Part shown: positions 15,527 to 23,321 of the stretch, in pieces
Numbering within the stretch: the stretch's first letter is position 1
How the letters are laid out: every line of letters begins with the position of its first letter
Translations under genes and position numbers: made by a program
Notes under the pieces: generated by a model
Seen by the model: the letters and a program-made list of their open reading frames with translations, nothing else
What the model was told of the DNA's origin: nothing
Database searches by the model: none
Origin: an uncultured Candidatus Saccharibacteria bacterium
Lineage (GTDB): Bacteria > Patescibacteriota > Minisyncoccia > Minisyncoccales > UBA1441
Direction: 5' to 3'
Assembly (NCBI GenBank): GCA_964572275.1
Contig: CAZNED010000001.1
Location: forward strand, 87,188 to 151,187
DNA: 64,000 bases

Positions 15527-16171
15527 TTATGTTAATATACTCTGAAAATATTCTCTTATAGCTGGTTGAATATCTGTTGGGTACTCTACTATCTTAAAGA
15601 CATTACCCGCCTCTAATCGCTCTGGTTTATTAAATCCCCAGGCTACTCCAATTGAACCGACATTCAATTGCTGAGCCTCTCGAGCATCACCCAGAGTATC
15701 GGTTACAAAAACACAATGCATCGGACCAGTACCATATTCTGAAAAAACCATTCTGATTTTTTCAACCTTACTCACGTGAACATCATTCCCCATAATCTTC
15801 ATGAAGCAACTAATCAGCCCATGCTTTTGCATAAAATCCTTAATCGCCCGAGTAAGATTAGACGAGACAATGAATAATTCGTATTCTTGATGAAGTTTTT
15901 TAATAACTTCTTCCATCCCCTCGAATATCTTCACTTCCTTTTCTGCTCGGGGAAGATAATGTTCAAAAAAATCATAACTGCCACTGTGCCCTGCCTTCTC
16001 TAACCGAGCTCTCCAATTCCAATCATTAACATTCCTTTCAGTAATTTGCCGATAATCATCTTCTGTCATATCTGGGAAAACAGACTTATGAACTTCAAAT
16101 GCTGTTTTAAAAGAATCCGCAATTACACCGTCAAAGTCAAATAACACGAAATTCTTACGTTCGGGCAACAT
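15527..16171 (-). CDS. HAD-superfamily hydrolase
   Basis: 214 aa. Motif I FDFDGVIADS, plus the downstream SSN and GD motifs. Confidence 0.8.
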   Translation of the reverse strand: MLPERKNFVLFDFDGVIADSFKTAFEVHKSVFPDMTEDDYRQITERNVNDWNWRARLEKAGHSGSYDFFEHYLPRAEKEVKIFEGMEEVIKKLHQEYELFIVSSNLTRAIKDFMQKHGLISCFMKIMGNDVHVSKVEKIRMVFSEYGTGPMHCVFVTDTLGDAREAQQLNVGSIGVAWGFNKPERLEAGNVFKIVEYPTDIQPAIREYFQSILT

Positions 16172-16185
16172 AGTCCAAGAATATT

Positions 16186-16434
16186 TTATTCAGGCTTTTT
16201 GATCTCTGTTTTCGAAACAAGACTTTCTTCTTTTTTCTTGCTGAAAACAAAGATGTAAAGAATCTCTAATATACCAAGCGTATTTAATAAAAGCAAAACG
16301 ACAAACCATATTTTTTGACTGCGACGAGCTGCTCGCCAAAGTGCCCATCCTGTCCAAGCAATAATCCAGAGAAGTATCAATGAGAGTAATTCCGGATTAA
16401 TTGAGAATAATTGTTCAATACTGACTGGATCCAT
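16186..16434 (-). CDS. Small two-TM membrane protein
   Basis: 82 aa from the ORF track. Two hydrophobic spans. Confidence 0.55.
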   Translation of the reverse strand: MDPVSIEQLFSINPELLSLILLWIIAWTGWALWRAARRSQKIWFVVLLLLNTLGILEILYIFVFSKKKEESLVSKTEIKKPE

Positions 16435-16481
16435 AATAATATTTTTAATAATAAATTACATTATTATAATCTGGCTATTGA

Positions 16482-16509
16482 TTGATGGCAAATCAGATTA
16501 TGCTAAAAT
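16482..16509 (+). promoter_or_regulatory. Promoter of GC-rich element D
   Basis: TTGATG (16482-16487), a 16-nt spacer, then an extended -10 TGcTAAAAT (16501-16509). Confidence 0.55.
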
Positions 16510-16515
16510 TAGACA

Positions 16516-16730
16516 GAGCGAAGAGCATTCCTTGGTCTAGTAAGCACAAGAATTCTCTTCGAAATGAACAAAACGCGCCGAAAAAGGAGGAAAACAATGA
16601 AAAGGCGCCGAGGTATGAGTCTCGGGACTGGTGACGTGCCGTCGACCCGCTCCGAAGTCGAGGTGTCCTAGAACCGCGATCCGGTTCACAGGCACCATGG
16701 GGGTGCTTCCGTGAAGCGCCCCCTTTGCTT
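16516..16730 (+). ncRNA. GC-rich structured small transcript (element D), possibly dual-function
   Basis: Stems CGAAGAG/CTCTTCG, GAACCG/CGGTTC and GTGCC/GGCAC. Terminal hairpin GGGGGTGCTT-CCGTG-AAGCGCCCCC (16699-16723) followed by TTTGCTTTG. Shares ATGAGT (16615-16620) and GGTGACGTG (16630-16638) with sRNA-1. It is antisense to the flanking minus-strand genes. Confidence 0.5.
16597..16671 (+). CDS. Candidate 24-codon ORF (MKRRRGMSLGTGDVPSTRSEVEVS) inside element D
   Basis: AGGAGG (16585-16590) lies 6 nt upstream of the ATG. A coding role is unproven. Confidence 0.3.
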   Translation: MKRRRGMSLGTGDVPSTRSEVEVS

Positions 16731-16738
16731 TGCAAATA

Positions 16739-16954
16739 TTAAATTTTGATTTCTTCTTTAAAATAGGTTCGATAAAGCGGCCTAACCATCAGAATCACCA
16801 CTAGCACTATCAGCCACCAAATATTTATTGTTGTCAAAACCGGAAATATAATCACTAACAATACACCGAAAGCTATGCAGCTCCATTTGATTAGAGCCAT
16901 ATCCCACACATCCAACTTTTTAGTTTTAGATCTCATACATGATAATATTTTCAT
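16739..16954 (-). CDS. Small two-TM membrane protein
   Basis: 71 aa from the ORF track. Two hydrophobic spans. Confidence 0.55.
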   Translation of the reverse strand: MKILSCMRSKTKKLDVWDMALIKWSCIAFGVLLVIIFPVLTTINIWWLIVLVVILMVRPLYRTYFKEEIKI

Positions 16955-17185
16955 GTTTTTATAATAATTAATTACAGACTAGTTTAACATATCTTACCTT
17001 TATTCATAAAGTTTTAAAACACAAAAGGACTTGTTTAAAAGAAATATTAACTAATAGTAAGGCAAAATTATTAATACAATCCAAAAAAACACTCGATAAG
17101 AAAATATCGAGATTCTACTAATACTAATAACACTAAGTATTATTTGAATAAATAATACTTAAAAATCTAAACCACTGTCAGGCTA

Positions 17186-17248
17186 TTATTTTTTAGCCTT
17201 TTTTGGTTTTTTGGTTTCCTTTTTTCTGGAATTATTACCCTTAGCCAT
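17186..17248 (-). CDS. Candidate leaderless 20-aa Lys-rich peptide (MAKGNNSRKKETKKPKKAKK)
   Basis: Hand translation. An extended -10 TGaTAAAAT ends 6 nt before the ATG. A downstream hairpin CTCGATA/TATCGAG plus T-run lies near 17085-17110 on the minus strand. Confidence 0.35.
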   Translation of the reverse strand: MAKGNNSRKKETKKPKKAKK

Positions 17249-17369
17249 AATTCTATTTTATCATAAAAAAATTATAAATATATTTAGCTGTATTTAAATT
17301 GGTAATATTCAGATTAATTGACAAAATATCTTTTTGTTATAACATATATAAATTAGGAGGTGGTGGTGT

Positions 17370-17651
17370 ATGGCGAATTCTCATCCGGGAACTCTAGGAC
17401 CGTGGACTTGGGATCAGAGAGCGAAAGAAGCTCTCCTCCCTGTGCTCGGTCCAGCCGCAACGGAAAGAGCCATGAAGGAGGTGAAGGGGTGTCAATCGGC
17501 TCATTTCTACGTTCCTAAGGGACGTGCCTTCGAGGCGGCGCAAGCACTTAGCGCAACACAACCAGATCCAGGATATTGTGCCGCATACAGTGTTCGCGCT
17601 ATCAGCACAACCAGAATCGTCTTGAGCGCCGTCCCTAATACGGCCTCATAA
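17370..17651 (+). CDS. Hypothetical 93-aa GC-rich orphan protein
   Basis: AGGAGG (17355-17360) lies 9 nt upstream of the ATG. Upstream are TTGACA (17318-17323) and TGtTATAAC (17335-17343). It has its own terminator. I recognise no family. Confidence 0.55.
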   Translation: MANSHPGTLGPWTWDQRAKEALLPVLGPAATERAMKEVKGCQSAHFYVPKGRAFEAAQALSATQPDPGYCAAYSVRAISTTRIVLSAVPNTAS

Positions 17652-17670
17652 CATTCGAGATTTCCAGGGG

Positions 17671-17706
17671 AGGTCCGGTAGTGTTTACCGGGCCTTTTCC
17701 TCTTTT
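17671..17706. terminator. Terminator of the 93-aa ORF (convergent with the ASCH-like gene)
   Basis: AGGTCCGG-TAGTGTTTA-CCGGGCCT followed by TTTTCCTCTTTT. Confidence 0.65.
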
Positions 17707-17714
17707 GAATAAAA

Positions 17715-18056
17715 TTATCCCAATTCCCAGGCCATCAATTCGTATTTCGCTATTTTGCTCTTATAATCTGGAAAATTATGCCACACTCTCATCGCTTCAT
17801 CTTCAGTATTCAGATGAGGCATGATCTTCTTAAGATCCAAATGTTTTATCATTTCATCTATACTGCTAAACCAATATTTTTCTATAACTCTCTTTTCTAC
17901 TGTTGAATTACCGCAAGTAAATACCAAAATATCTGATTTTTCAATTTTCTTATATTTGGCGACAGCGGCTCTTGTTTCTATTGTTTTAATTCCATCTTTG
18001 ATTAAATCAAAAAACATCTTGTCCTCGCCTCTAATTCTTAATACATGTTTCTTCAT
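17715..18056 (-). CDS. ASCH/PUA-like domain protein (tentative)
   Basis: 113 aa. The pattern FDLIKDGIKTIETR...ILVF resembles ASCH-fold proteins. Confidence 0.45.
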   Translation of the reverse strand: MKKHVLRIRGEDKMFFDLIKDGIKTIETRAAVAKYKKIEKSDILVFTCGNSTVEKRVIEKYWFSSIDEMIKHLDLKKIMPHLNTEDEAMRVWHNFPDYKSKIAKYELMAWELG

Positions 18057-18072
18057 CTTGCAACTAATAATT

Positions 18073-18864
18073 TTATTGATTCCAATAAGCGATTATTTTG
18101 CGACGCCGATCTTCTAGAGAATCTTTATTAATTATTCCTGGACCATTAATGCACCCGCCTTCGCAATAAAGAATATCCAATAATTTTAATTCTTTCCTCT
18201 CTAGAAATTCTTCTAGAGTTTTATTGACTAAATTTGATCCCGAAATAACATCATACTCTAGATCGGTAAGTTTTCGGCTTATTCCAGATGATTGGGCTAA
18301 CCCCCCGGAGATAGGATACAATCTAGTTGTCGGCCCAATTACATCAAAAGAATATATTGGATCCCCTTCTTGATTATAAATGGCATATTCCTTAAATACT
18401 TGGTTTATTTCTGAATAAGTCAAGACCAAGATATCGAGCATTGGATTATCGCGAGCTTCTATCTTTTTGGCAAAACATGGACCAATATAAACCTTCCGGT
18501 AATTTGGATATTTTTTAGTTACCATCTTAGCCGTGGCAATCATAGGAGAATCAATCGGCGCAAGGTAAGGAATCAATTCTGGATATTTATTTTTAATTAA
18601 TTGGACAATGGTTGGACAAGGGTTAGTGATATACCGCTTGCCTGGATTAGATTCCAGAAGATTCATTAATTGCCTATTAGTTTCGGTTGCTCCGGCGCTA
18701 ACTTCGACCACATGCTCAAAACCTAGCTTTCTGAGCATATTGATTATCTCAGGATAGGAAAAATCAACTAAGAAAGATGGGGCTAACATTACCACCATGT
18801 GCTCTTTCTTATTAATCAAATCAATCAATGTTTCTGTTTCGAGTGTGTATTTTTTCATAAACAA
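18073..18864 (-). CDS. [FeFe]-hydrogenase large-subunit C-terminal (H-cluster) domain-like protein
   Basis: 263 aa. Motifs LRKLGFEHVVEVSAGA, TNPCP, DSPM, IGPCFAKKIEA, LVLTYSE, YCEGGCINGPG. No N-terminal ferredoxin-like domain. Confidence 0.55.
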   Translation of the reverse strand: MFMKKYTLETETLIDLINKKEHMVVMLAPSFLVDFSYPEIINMLRKLGFEHVVEVSAGATETNRQLMNLLESNPGKRYITNPCPTIVQLIKNKYPELIPYLAPIDSPMIATAKMVTKKYPNYRKVYIGPCFAKKIEARDNPMLDILVLTYSEINQVFKEYAIYNQEGDPIYSFDVIGPTTRLYPISGGLAQSSGISRKLTDLEYDVISGSNLVNKTLEEFLERKELKLLDILYCEGGCINGPGIINKDSLEDRRRKIIAYWNQ

Positions 18865-19369
18865 TCAACAAGTACCAGGTTATCAATCCCCCGGCTAAAG
18901 CTGTTAATAACTGCATAGTTCCCATTAACTGTAAGAACGCTGCTGGAACAAGATTAAATTGGATATAGATAAAAGCAATTATCGTTAAAAATAAAAATTT
19001 CGCCATTGAAGCAGTAAAAATAGACCAGATATTTTTGCGACAATCATACAATCTTTTGAAGATCAGGACCATAATTAAATTAGCCAGCCAAATAAATGGT
19101 AAAAAGTAAAGTAAAAACAGCGTTAATGGTCCAAAGATAAGGCCTCTGGCCAAGACCCCTATACTAGGCAGGATTACCATCGGAAAAATATATTTCTTCG
19201 GCAATAAAATTACCCCTAGATACAAACAGAAATTAACTATCGTTCCAATCAGCCATTGAGGCCCGCCCCAAAACAATGAAATGCTAAAAGGAAGCAATCC
19301 TAGTGCAAGCATTGATGCAGCAATTTTTTCATTATTAACTAATGATTTTATATAATTTATATTAAGCAT
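18821..19369 (-). CDS. Multi-pass membrane protein (5-6 TM), unknown function
   Basis: 182 aa. Its 3' end overlaps the downstream gene by about 40 nt. Confidence 0.55.
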   Translation of the reverse strand: MLNINYIKSLVNNEKIAASMLALGLLPFSISLFWGGPQWLIGTIVNFCLYLGVILLPKKYIFPMVILPSIGVLARGLIFGPLTLFLLYFLPFIWLANLIMVLIFKRLYDCRKNIWSIFTASMAKFLFLTIIAFIYIQFNLVPAAFLQLMGTMQLLTALAGGLITWYLLIVYEKIHTRNRNID

Positions 19370-19375
19370 TTGATG

Positions 19376-20206
19376 TCATTCCGTTGCCATTAAAATTTCT
19401 CCGCATTTGATTTCAGCAATCTCAACTATCTTCATTATGTCATCGATCTCCGGTTCTATAGCAATCAATTCATCGCCATTCTTAAGTTCCGCTCCGACTG
19501 TTTTATCATGAGTTTGCCAAACGCTCCTTACTTCGCAATTATCAATAGCCTGTCGGATCAATTCCCAGGATGAAATATTAGTATATGCTATTTTTTCTAC
19601 TCTTTCGATAATATTTTTCTTCTTGAAACCAAAAATCTTGGCGCGAATTTCTGTAGGAAATATTTGCTTAATATCTTCAGTATATTGCGATCCATCGCCA
19701 GGGACTTCATAAGAAAATTTACTTAGATCGTAAAACGATAATTCGTTCGGATAATCTATTTTAGCGGGACCAGAGAATCCACTTAATGTCTTTAATCCAT
19801 TGTCTTGGATTATATATTCTCCACAATAAACCCAGATATACAAGGGGAATAATTCATTTTCCGAATCAAGATTTTCTATTCCACAGAAATTATGGCTATT
19901 GTCTTCCGTTTCCCAGCTAAAGTATTCTTCCGTCAGAAGATAATTTATTATAGCCTTCTCAATCTGACTATTACTGAAACTGAACAGCTCTTCTTCTGGT
20001 GACGGACATTCCATAAATTCACAATTCGGTTTAATGCGACCGACATAAGAACCATCAGAACAGAGTTTTACATCATCGGGGCAAAGTGTTCCAGGAAATG
20101 GATTAAATGCTAGCCAAATCAAGTAAGAAATTCCAACCAGTAAGATTATGATAATGAAGAATAATACTTTTTTATCTCTTTGAGATTTGAAAATCATAAT
20201 AAACAT
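19376..20206 (-). CDS. Membrane-anchored extracytoplasmic protein with an N-proximal Cys motif
   Basis: 276 aa. TM anchor followed by LCPDDVKLCSDGSYVGRIKPNCEFMECP. Confidence 0.55.
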   Translation of the reverse strand: MFIMIFKSQRDKKVLFFIIIILLVGISYLIWLAFNPFPGTLCPDDVKLCSDGSYVGRIKPNCEFMECPSPEEELFSFSNSQIEKAIINYLLTEEYFSWETEDNSHNFCGIENLDSENELFPLYIWVYCGEYIIQDNGLKTLSGFSGPAKIDYPNELSFYDLSKFSYEVPGDGSQYTEDIKQIFPTEIRAKIFGFKKKNIIERVEKIAYTNISSWELIRQAIDNCEVRSVWQTHDKTVGAELKNGDELIAIEPEIDDIMKIVEIAEIKCGEILMATE

Positions 20207-20216
20207 AGGGATAGGA

Positions 20217-21056
20217 TCAATTATTTCCTATCTTTCTCGCCGGAATTCCCCCGACAAAACTATCGGCATCAATATCTTTATTAATCAAGCTACACATTGA
20301 AATTATTGCCCTCTCTCCGACAATAACCCCTGATCTTACCGTGGAAAACATTCCTATCAAGGATTTTTCCTTAATAATTATTCTCCCTAATTGAATTTTA
20401 TCAATAGTAAATTCATGGGCAAGTAATCTACATCCCCAGCCTAGGATAACGCCATCTTCAATGGTAATCAGTTCCGGGAAAAGAGGATCTAAAAAAACAT
20501 TCGGGGCAATTACCACATCTTTTCCGATATTAAAGCCCATTATCCTGTAAATAGAATTTTTGAAATTACATGGTGGCATTTTTTTAAAAACTTCACCCAG
20601 AATACTTCTAAAAATCATACCCCATGGATTTTTCCGAATCCCTGGCCAATCACAAGCTGCATTCATCCTATCGCCTTTATAAGTTAATATGATTTTTTTG
20701 ATTTTGAAATTATCAAGAAAATCATCTAATTGTCTCTTATCTATAAAAGATTGACTGAAGGATTTACCATTAAGGAAAAGGATGCCCAATATAATGCTTG
20801 GAATAGAAATTATCATTATTTCAGAATGAAGAATGATTAACAGAACGAACCCGCCGACAATAAAAATAAATCCTCCTATAAATTCATGCTTCCAGGCAAT
20901 AATCGTTATGGCCAGAAGAATAAAAGAGGGAATCAAATGAATAATGAGTGGTAAAAACCATTGCGATCCATCAAAAACATCTAATGCAAATGAGCTTATA
21001 AAGACAATATATAAAATTGCTAAAATTCGAGGAAGCCAATATGAGAAATTTTTCAT
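20217..21056 (-). CDS. Membrane-bound hexapeptide-repeat (left-handed beta-helix) acyltransferase
   Basis: 279 aa. About 4 N-terminal TM spans. The C-terminus has hexapeptide repeats ...ITIEDGVILGWGCRLLAHEF...VIVGERAIISMCSLI...GGIPARKIG. Confidence 0.7.
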   Translation of the reverse strand: MKNFSYWLPRILAILYIVFISSFALDVFDGSQWFLPLIIHLIPSFILLAITIIAWKHEFIGGFIFIVGGFVLLIILHSEIMIISIPSIILGILFLNGKSFSQSFIDKRQLDDFLDNFKIKKIILTYKGDRMNAACDWPGIRKNPWGMIFRSILGEVFKKMPPCNFKNSIYRIMGFNIGKDVVIAPNVFLDPLFPELITIEDGVILGWGCRLLAHEFTIDKIQLGRIIIKEKSLIGMFSTVRSGVIVGERAIISMCSLINKDIDADSFVGGIPARKIGNN

Positions 21057-21290
21057 ACTCTTATCTTATCAAGGATATTTAAATCTTCCATGTTTATCAT
21101 TCTTGATACCGTCCACATAAAACATCCAATAATACAATATTGGATGAAAAGACCAAATCATTAAAATCTAAACGAAAACATCATGGCTGCCATTCTATGA
21201 AAATATTTTTCTGACTTAAATGAATCAATTCTCTGATTGAGCGATCTCCATCTTATAGAAGATATTTCTTATTTTACCCATGCTCTTGTT

Positions 21291-22502
21291 TTACAATACA
21301 GTTAAAGAATGGCGAATTTTATCAAATTGTTCGATAAGATTGGTTCGATCAAATTCTTTCACAGCATTTTCGGGATAATGGCCAATATTAGTAGAATGAA
21401 TAAGATAGCGCACAGCTATGCAGGGATTAGTGCCAGGCACAGCCCAAATCATCTCTTCATAAAAATTGCCAGCCGCACCTTCAGCTGTAGAAACAAAGGA
21501 ATATTGAATATCATTGTCAATAATAGTTTGAATATCGATAGGATTCGACAAGAAAAGACCGGCATGACAATCACGAACAGCGGGAATAATCTCTATTGAA
21601 ACTCCCGTATCGAAACTAGATAAATTAATTCCGTCTACAAAGTCGGATGGGATGGTAAATTTTACCCCACTAATTTCTTGTCCCGCACCCAACCCTTGAT
21701 ATTGATATGAAACATCCTTTAAATAATCAGTTGGATAACGAACTGAGAAGCCAGCAGTGCTATCTAAATAAGCTTCGGGCAATCCTCCTGGATCTCTAGC
21801 CAATGCTATGCATCCTATATAACTTTTCTCAACATTATTCTCTAAGACAAGCGCTCCATTCCCCTTGCTCCAGAAAATAAAAGATTCATCGCTATTAGCA
21901 TAACGCACTCCGGAGGCAGAGATAGTTTGAGACAGATTAAAATCACGTCCATCGCTTAAAGATATTTTTACGCTCCCACTCGGCATCGGTATTCCCTCCG
22001 GCTCCGATATCTCCTTTTCTCCTCTGTAAAAAGCAGCATCTATCGTTTTATCTTCTTTGCAGATATAAGCTACTTGAGCTGTAGAGAATTCAATAATTTT
22101 GAAAACAGCATCGCTTTCGTCAGATATAACATCAATTATTGGCGTGGACTCATAGCTATTTATTTCTATTATATAATCCCCTTCGGGATACATATCTGAA
22201 ATTACCCAATCTATATTACCGGTGTTTTCTAAATCAATAAAGATAATCGGATCAAATTCCTGACCATCGATAGGTAGAGATGTCGAAGCTATCCTTCTAA
22301 TATTGATTGATATCTTATTTTCCGCAGGAATATTATGCGTTTCCCATTTTATAGTATAGACAGAGTCTTTTTGCAGAATTTCTCCTCCATTCGGAGAAAT
22401 AAGGGATATAGATGGCTGGATATTTTCATATAACCAATATGCAAAAACTCCCAGCATCCCAATAATAACAAGAATTAATATTACAGTTTTAAGATTTCTC
22501 AT
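21291..22502 (-). CDS. Membrane-anchored protein containing an MliC-like (C-type lysozyme inhibitor) domain
   Basis: 403 aa. The segment VAYICKEDKTIDAAFY...VKISLSDGRDFNLSQTISASGVRYANSDESFIFWSKGNGALVL matches the MliC pattern. Confidence 0.6.
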   Translation of the reverse strand: MRNLKTVILILVIIGMLGVFAYWLYENIQPSISLISPNGGEILQKDSVYTIKWETHNIPAENKISINIRRIASTSLPIDGQEFDPIIFIDLENTGNIDWVISDMYPEGDYIIEINSYESTPIIDVISDESDAVFKIIEFSTAQVAYICKEDKTIDAAFYRGEKEISEPEGIPMPSGSVKISLSDGRDFNLSQTISASGVRYANSDESFIFWSKGNGALVLENNVEKSYIGCIALARDPGGLPEAYLDSTAGFSVRYPTDYLKDVSYQYQGLGAGQEISGVKFTIPSDFVDGINLSSFDTGVSIEIIPAVRDCHAGLFLSNPIDIQTIIDNDIQYSFVSTAEGAAGNFYEEMIWAVPGTNPCIAVRYLIHSTNIGHYPENAVKEFDRTNLIEQFDKIRHSLTVL

Positions 22503-22567
22503 AGATTTAAATAAATATTCACCATCATCTTAACAGAAATTTCTTTAAAAGTATTAAAATAAAAAAA

Positions 22568-22585
22568 CTGCTTCTTAAGAAGCAG
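22568..22585. terminator. Hairpin terminator
   Basis: CTGCTTC-TTAA-GAAGCAG flanked by an A-run and a T-run. Confidence 0.6.
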
Positions 22586-22605
22586 TTTTCTTGAAAGGAA
22601 TTATC

Positions 22606-23289
22606 TCAGAATAATTTTTTTAACCAACCAAATAAACTGAATTTACCTTCTTGTGTTTCTATAAATTCTTCTATTTTTGTTTGCTCTTGTTCTAATGTTT
22701 GAATTTGATTTTGAAGCACCACCTCATCTTCTTCACTTTGAATATCATCCATCAAATTATTTAATTGTTGTAACCTGCTCTGAGTTTGAACCATTTCATG
22801 CCTCAAAACTCCAAGATTTTTATAATCTGATCCAAATAAAAATGTCCTTACTTTACTTCTGGTTTGAACCTTTTCCGCAGCTTGAAGCGTTGTATCCGCA
22901 GATTCATTCTGCTGTTGAGCTATAGTCCTTATTTGTTCTCCCAATTCCCCCTGTTTATCAGCTACATCCAAGAGAGTTTGGACAAAATTAGCAACGGTAT
23001 TCTGATGTTGTTCGGCATTGATTGGTAATTGCTGAATTTCATCTTGATTCTGAATGCCTTCTTGAACCTGTTCCTGAACTTGAGCTTGCTCTTCTACTCC
23101 ATTCTCATTTTGCAATTGTTGTTGTGTTTGAACTTGAATCTGACTATTTCCTCCTTGATTAATGGCTTGTGTCTGTTCTTGGTTCTGATTGCTAATTCCG
23201 GCATTATCACTCTGGTTAGCGGCATATACATTGGCAACGAGAACAAAGGCAAATGTTAGAATGATGACCGCTAAAATATTATTTTTCAT
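22606..23289 (-). CDS. Secreted Gln/Glu-rich coiled-coil protein
   Basis: 227 aa. Signal peptide followed by low-complexity Q/E-rich repeats. Confidence 0.55.
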   Translation of the reverse strand: MKNNILAVIILTFAFVLVANVYAANQSDNAGISNQNQEQTQAINQGGNSQIQVQTQQQLQNENGVEEQAQVQEQVQEGIQNQDEIQQLPINAEQHQNTVANFVQTLLDVADKQGELGEQIRTIAQQQNESADTTLQAAEKVQTRSKVRTFLFGSDYKNLGVLRHEMVQTQSRLQQLNNLMDDIQSEEDEVVLQNQIQTLEQEQTKIEEFIETQEGKFSLFGWLKKLF

Positions 23290-23321
23290 ATTTCATTGAT
23301 TAATAATTACGTAAATTTATT

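Noticed and set aside
14171-16730. Assignment of R0 or element D to SRP RNA, 6S, tmRNA or RNase P
   Set aside because: R0 contains AGGTCCGG, which resembles part of the 4.5S helix-8 sequence. However, the GGAA tetraloop and AGCAGCC side are absent. There are no tRNA-like ends as in tmRNA. The lengths are too short for RNase P, and the RNA ends do not pair as in 6S. I made no assignment.
16493-16735. 80-aa minus-strand track ORF across element D
   Set aside because: TTG start with no SD. The composition is Arg/Ser/Gly-rich and spurious-looking. The promoter, SD and terminator signals are on the plus strand.
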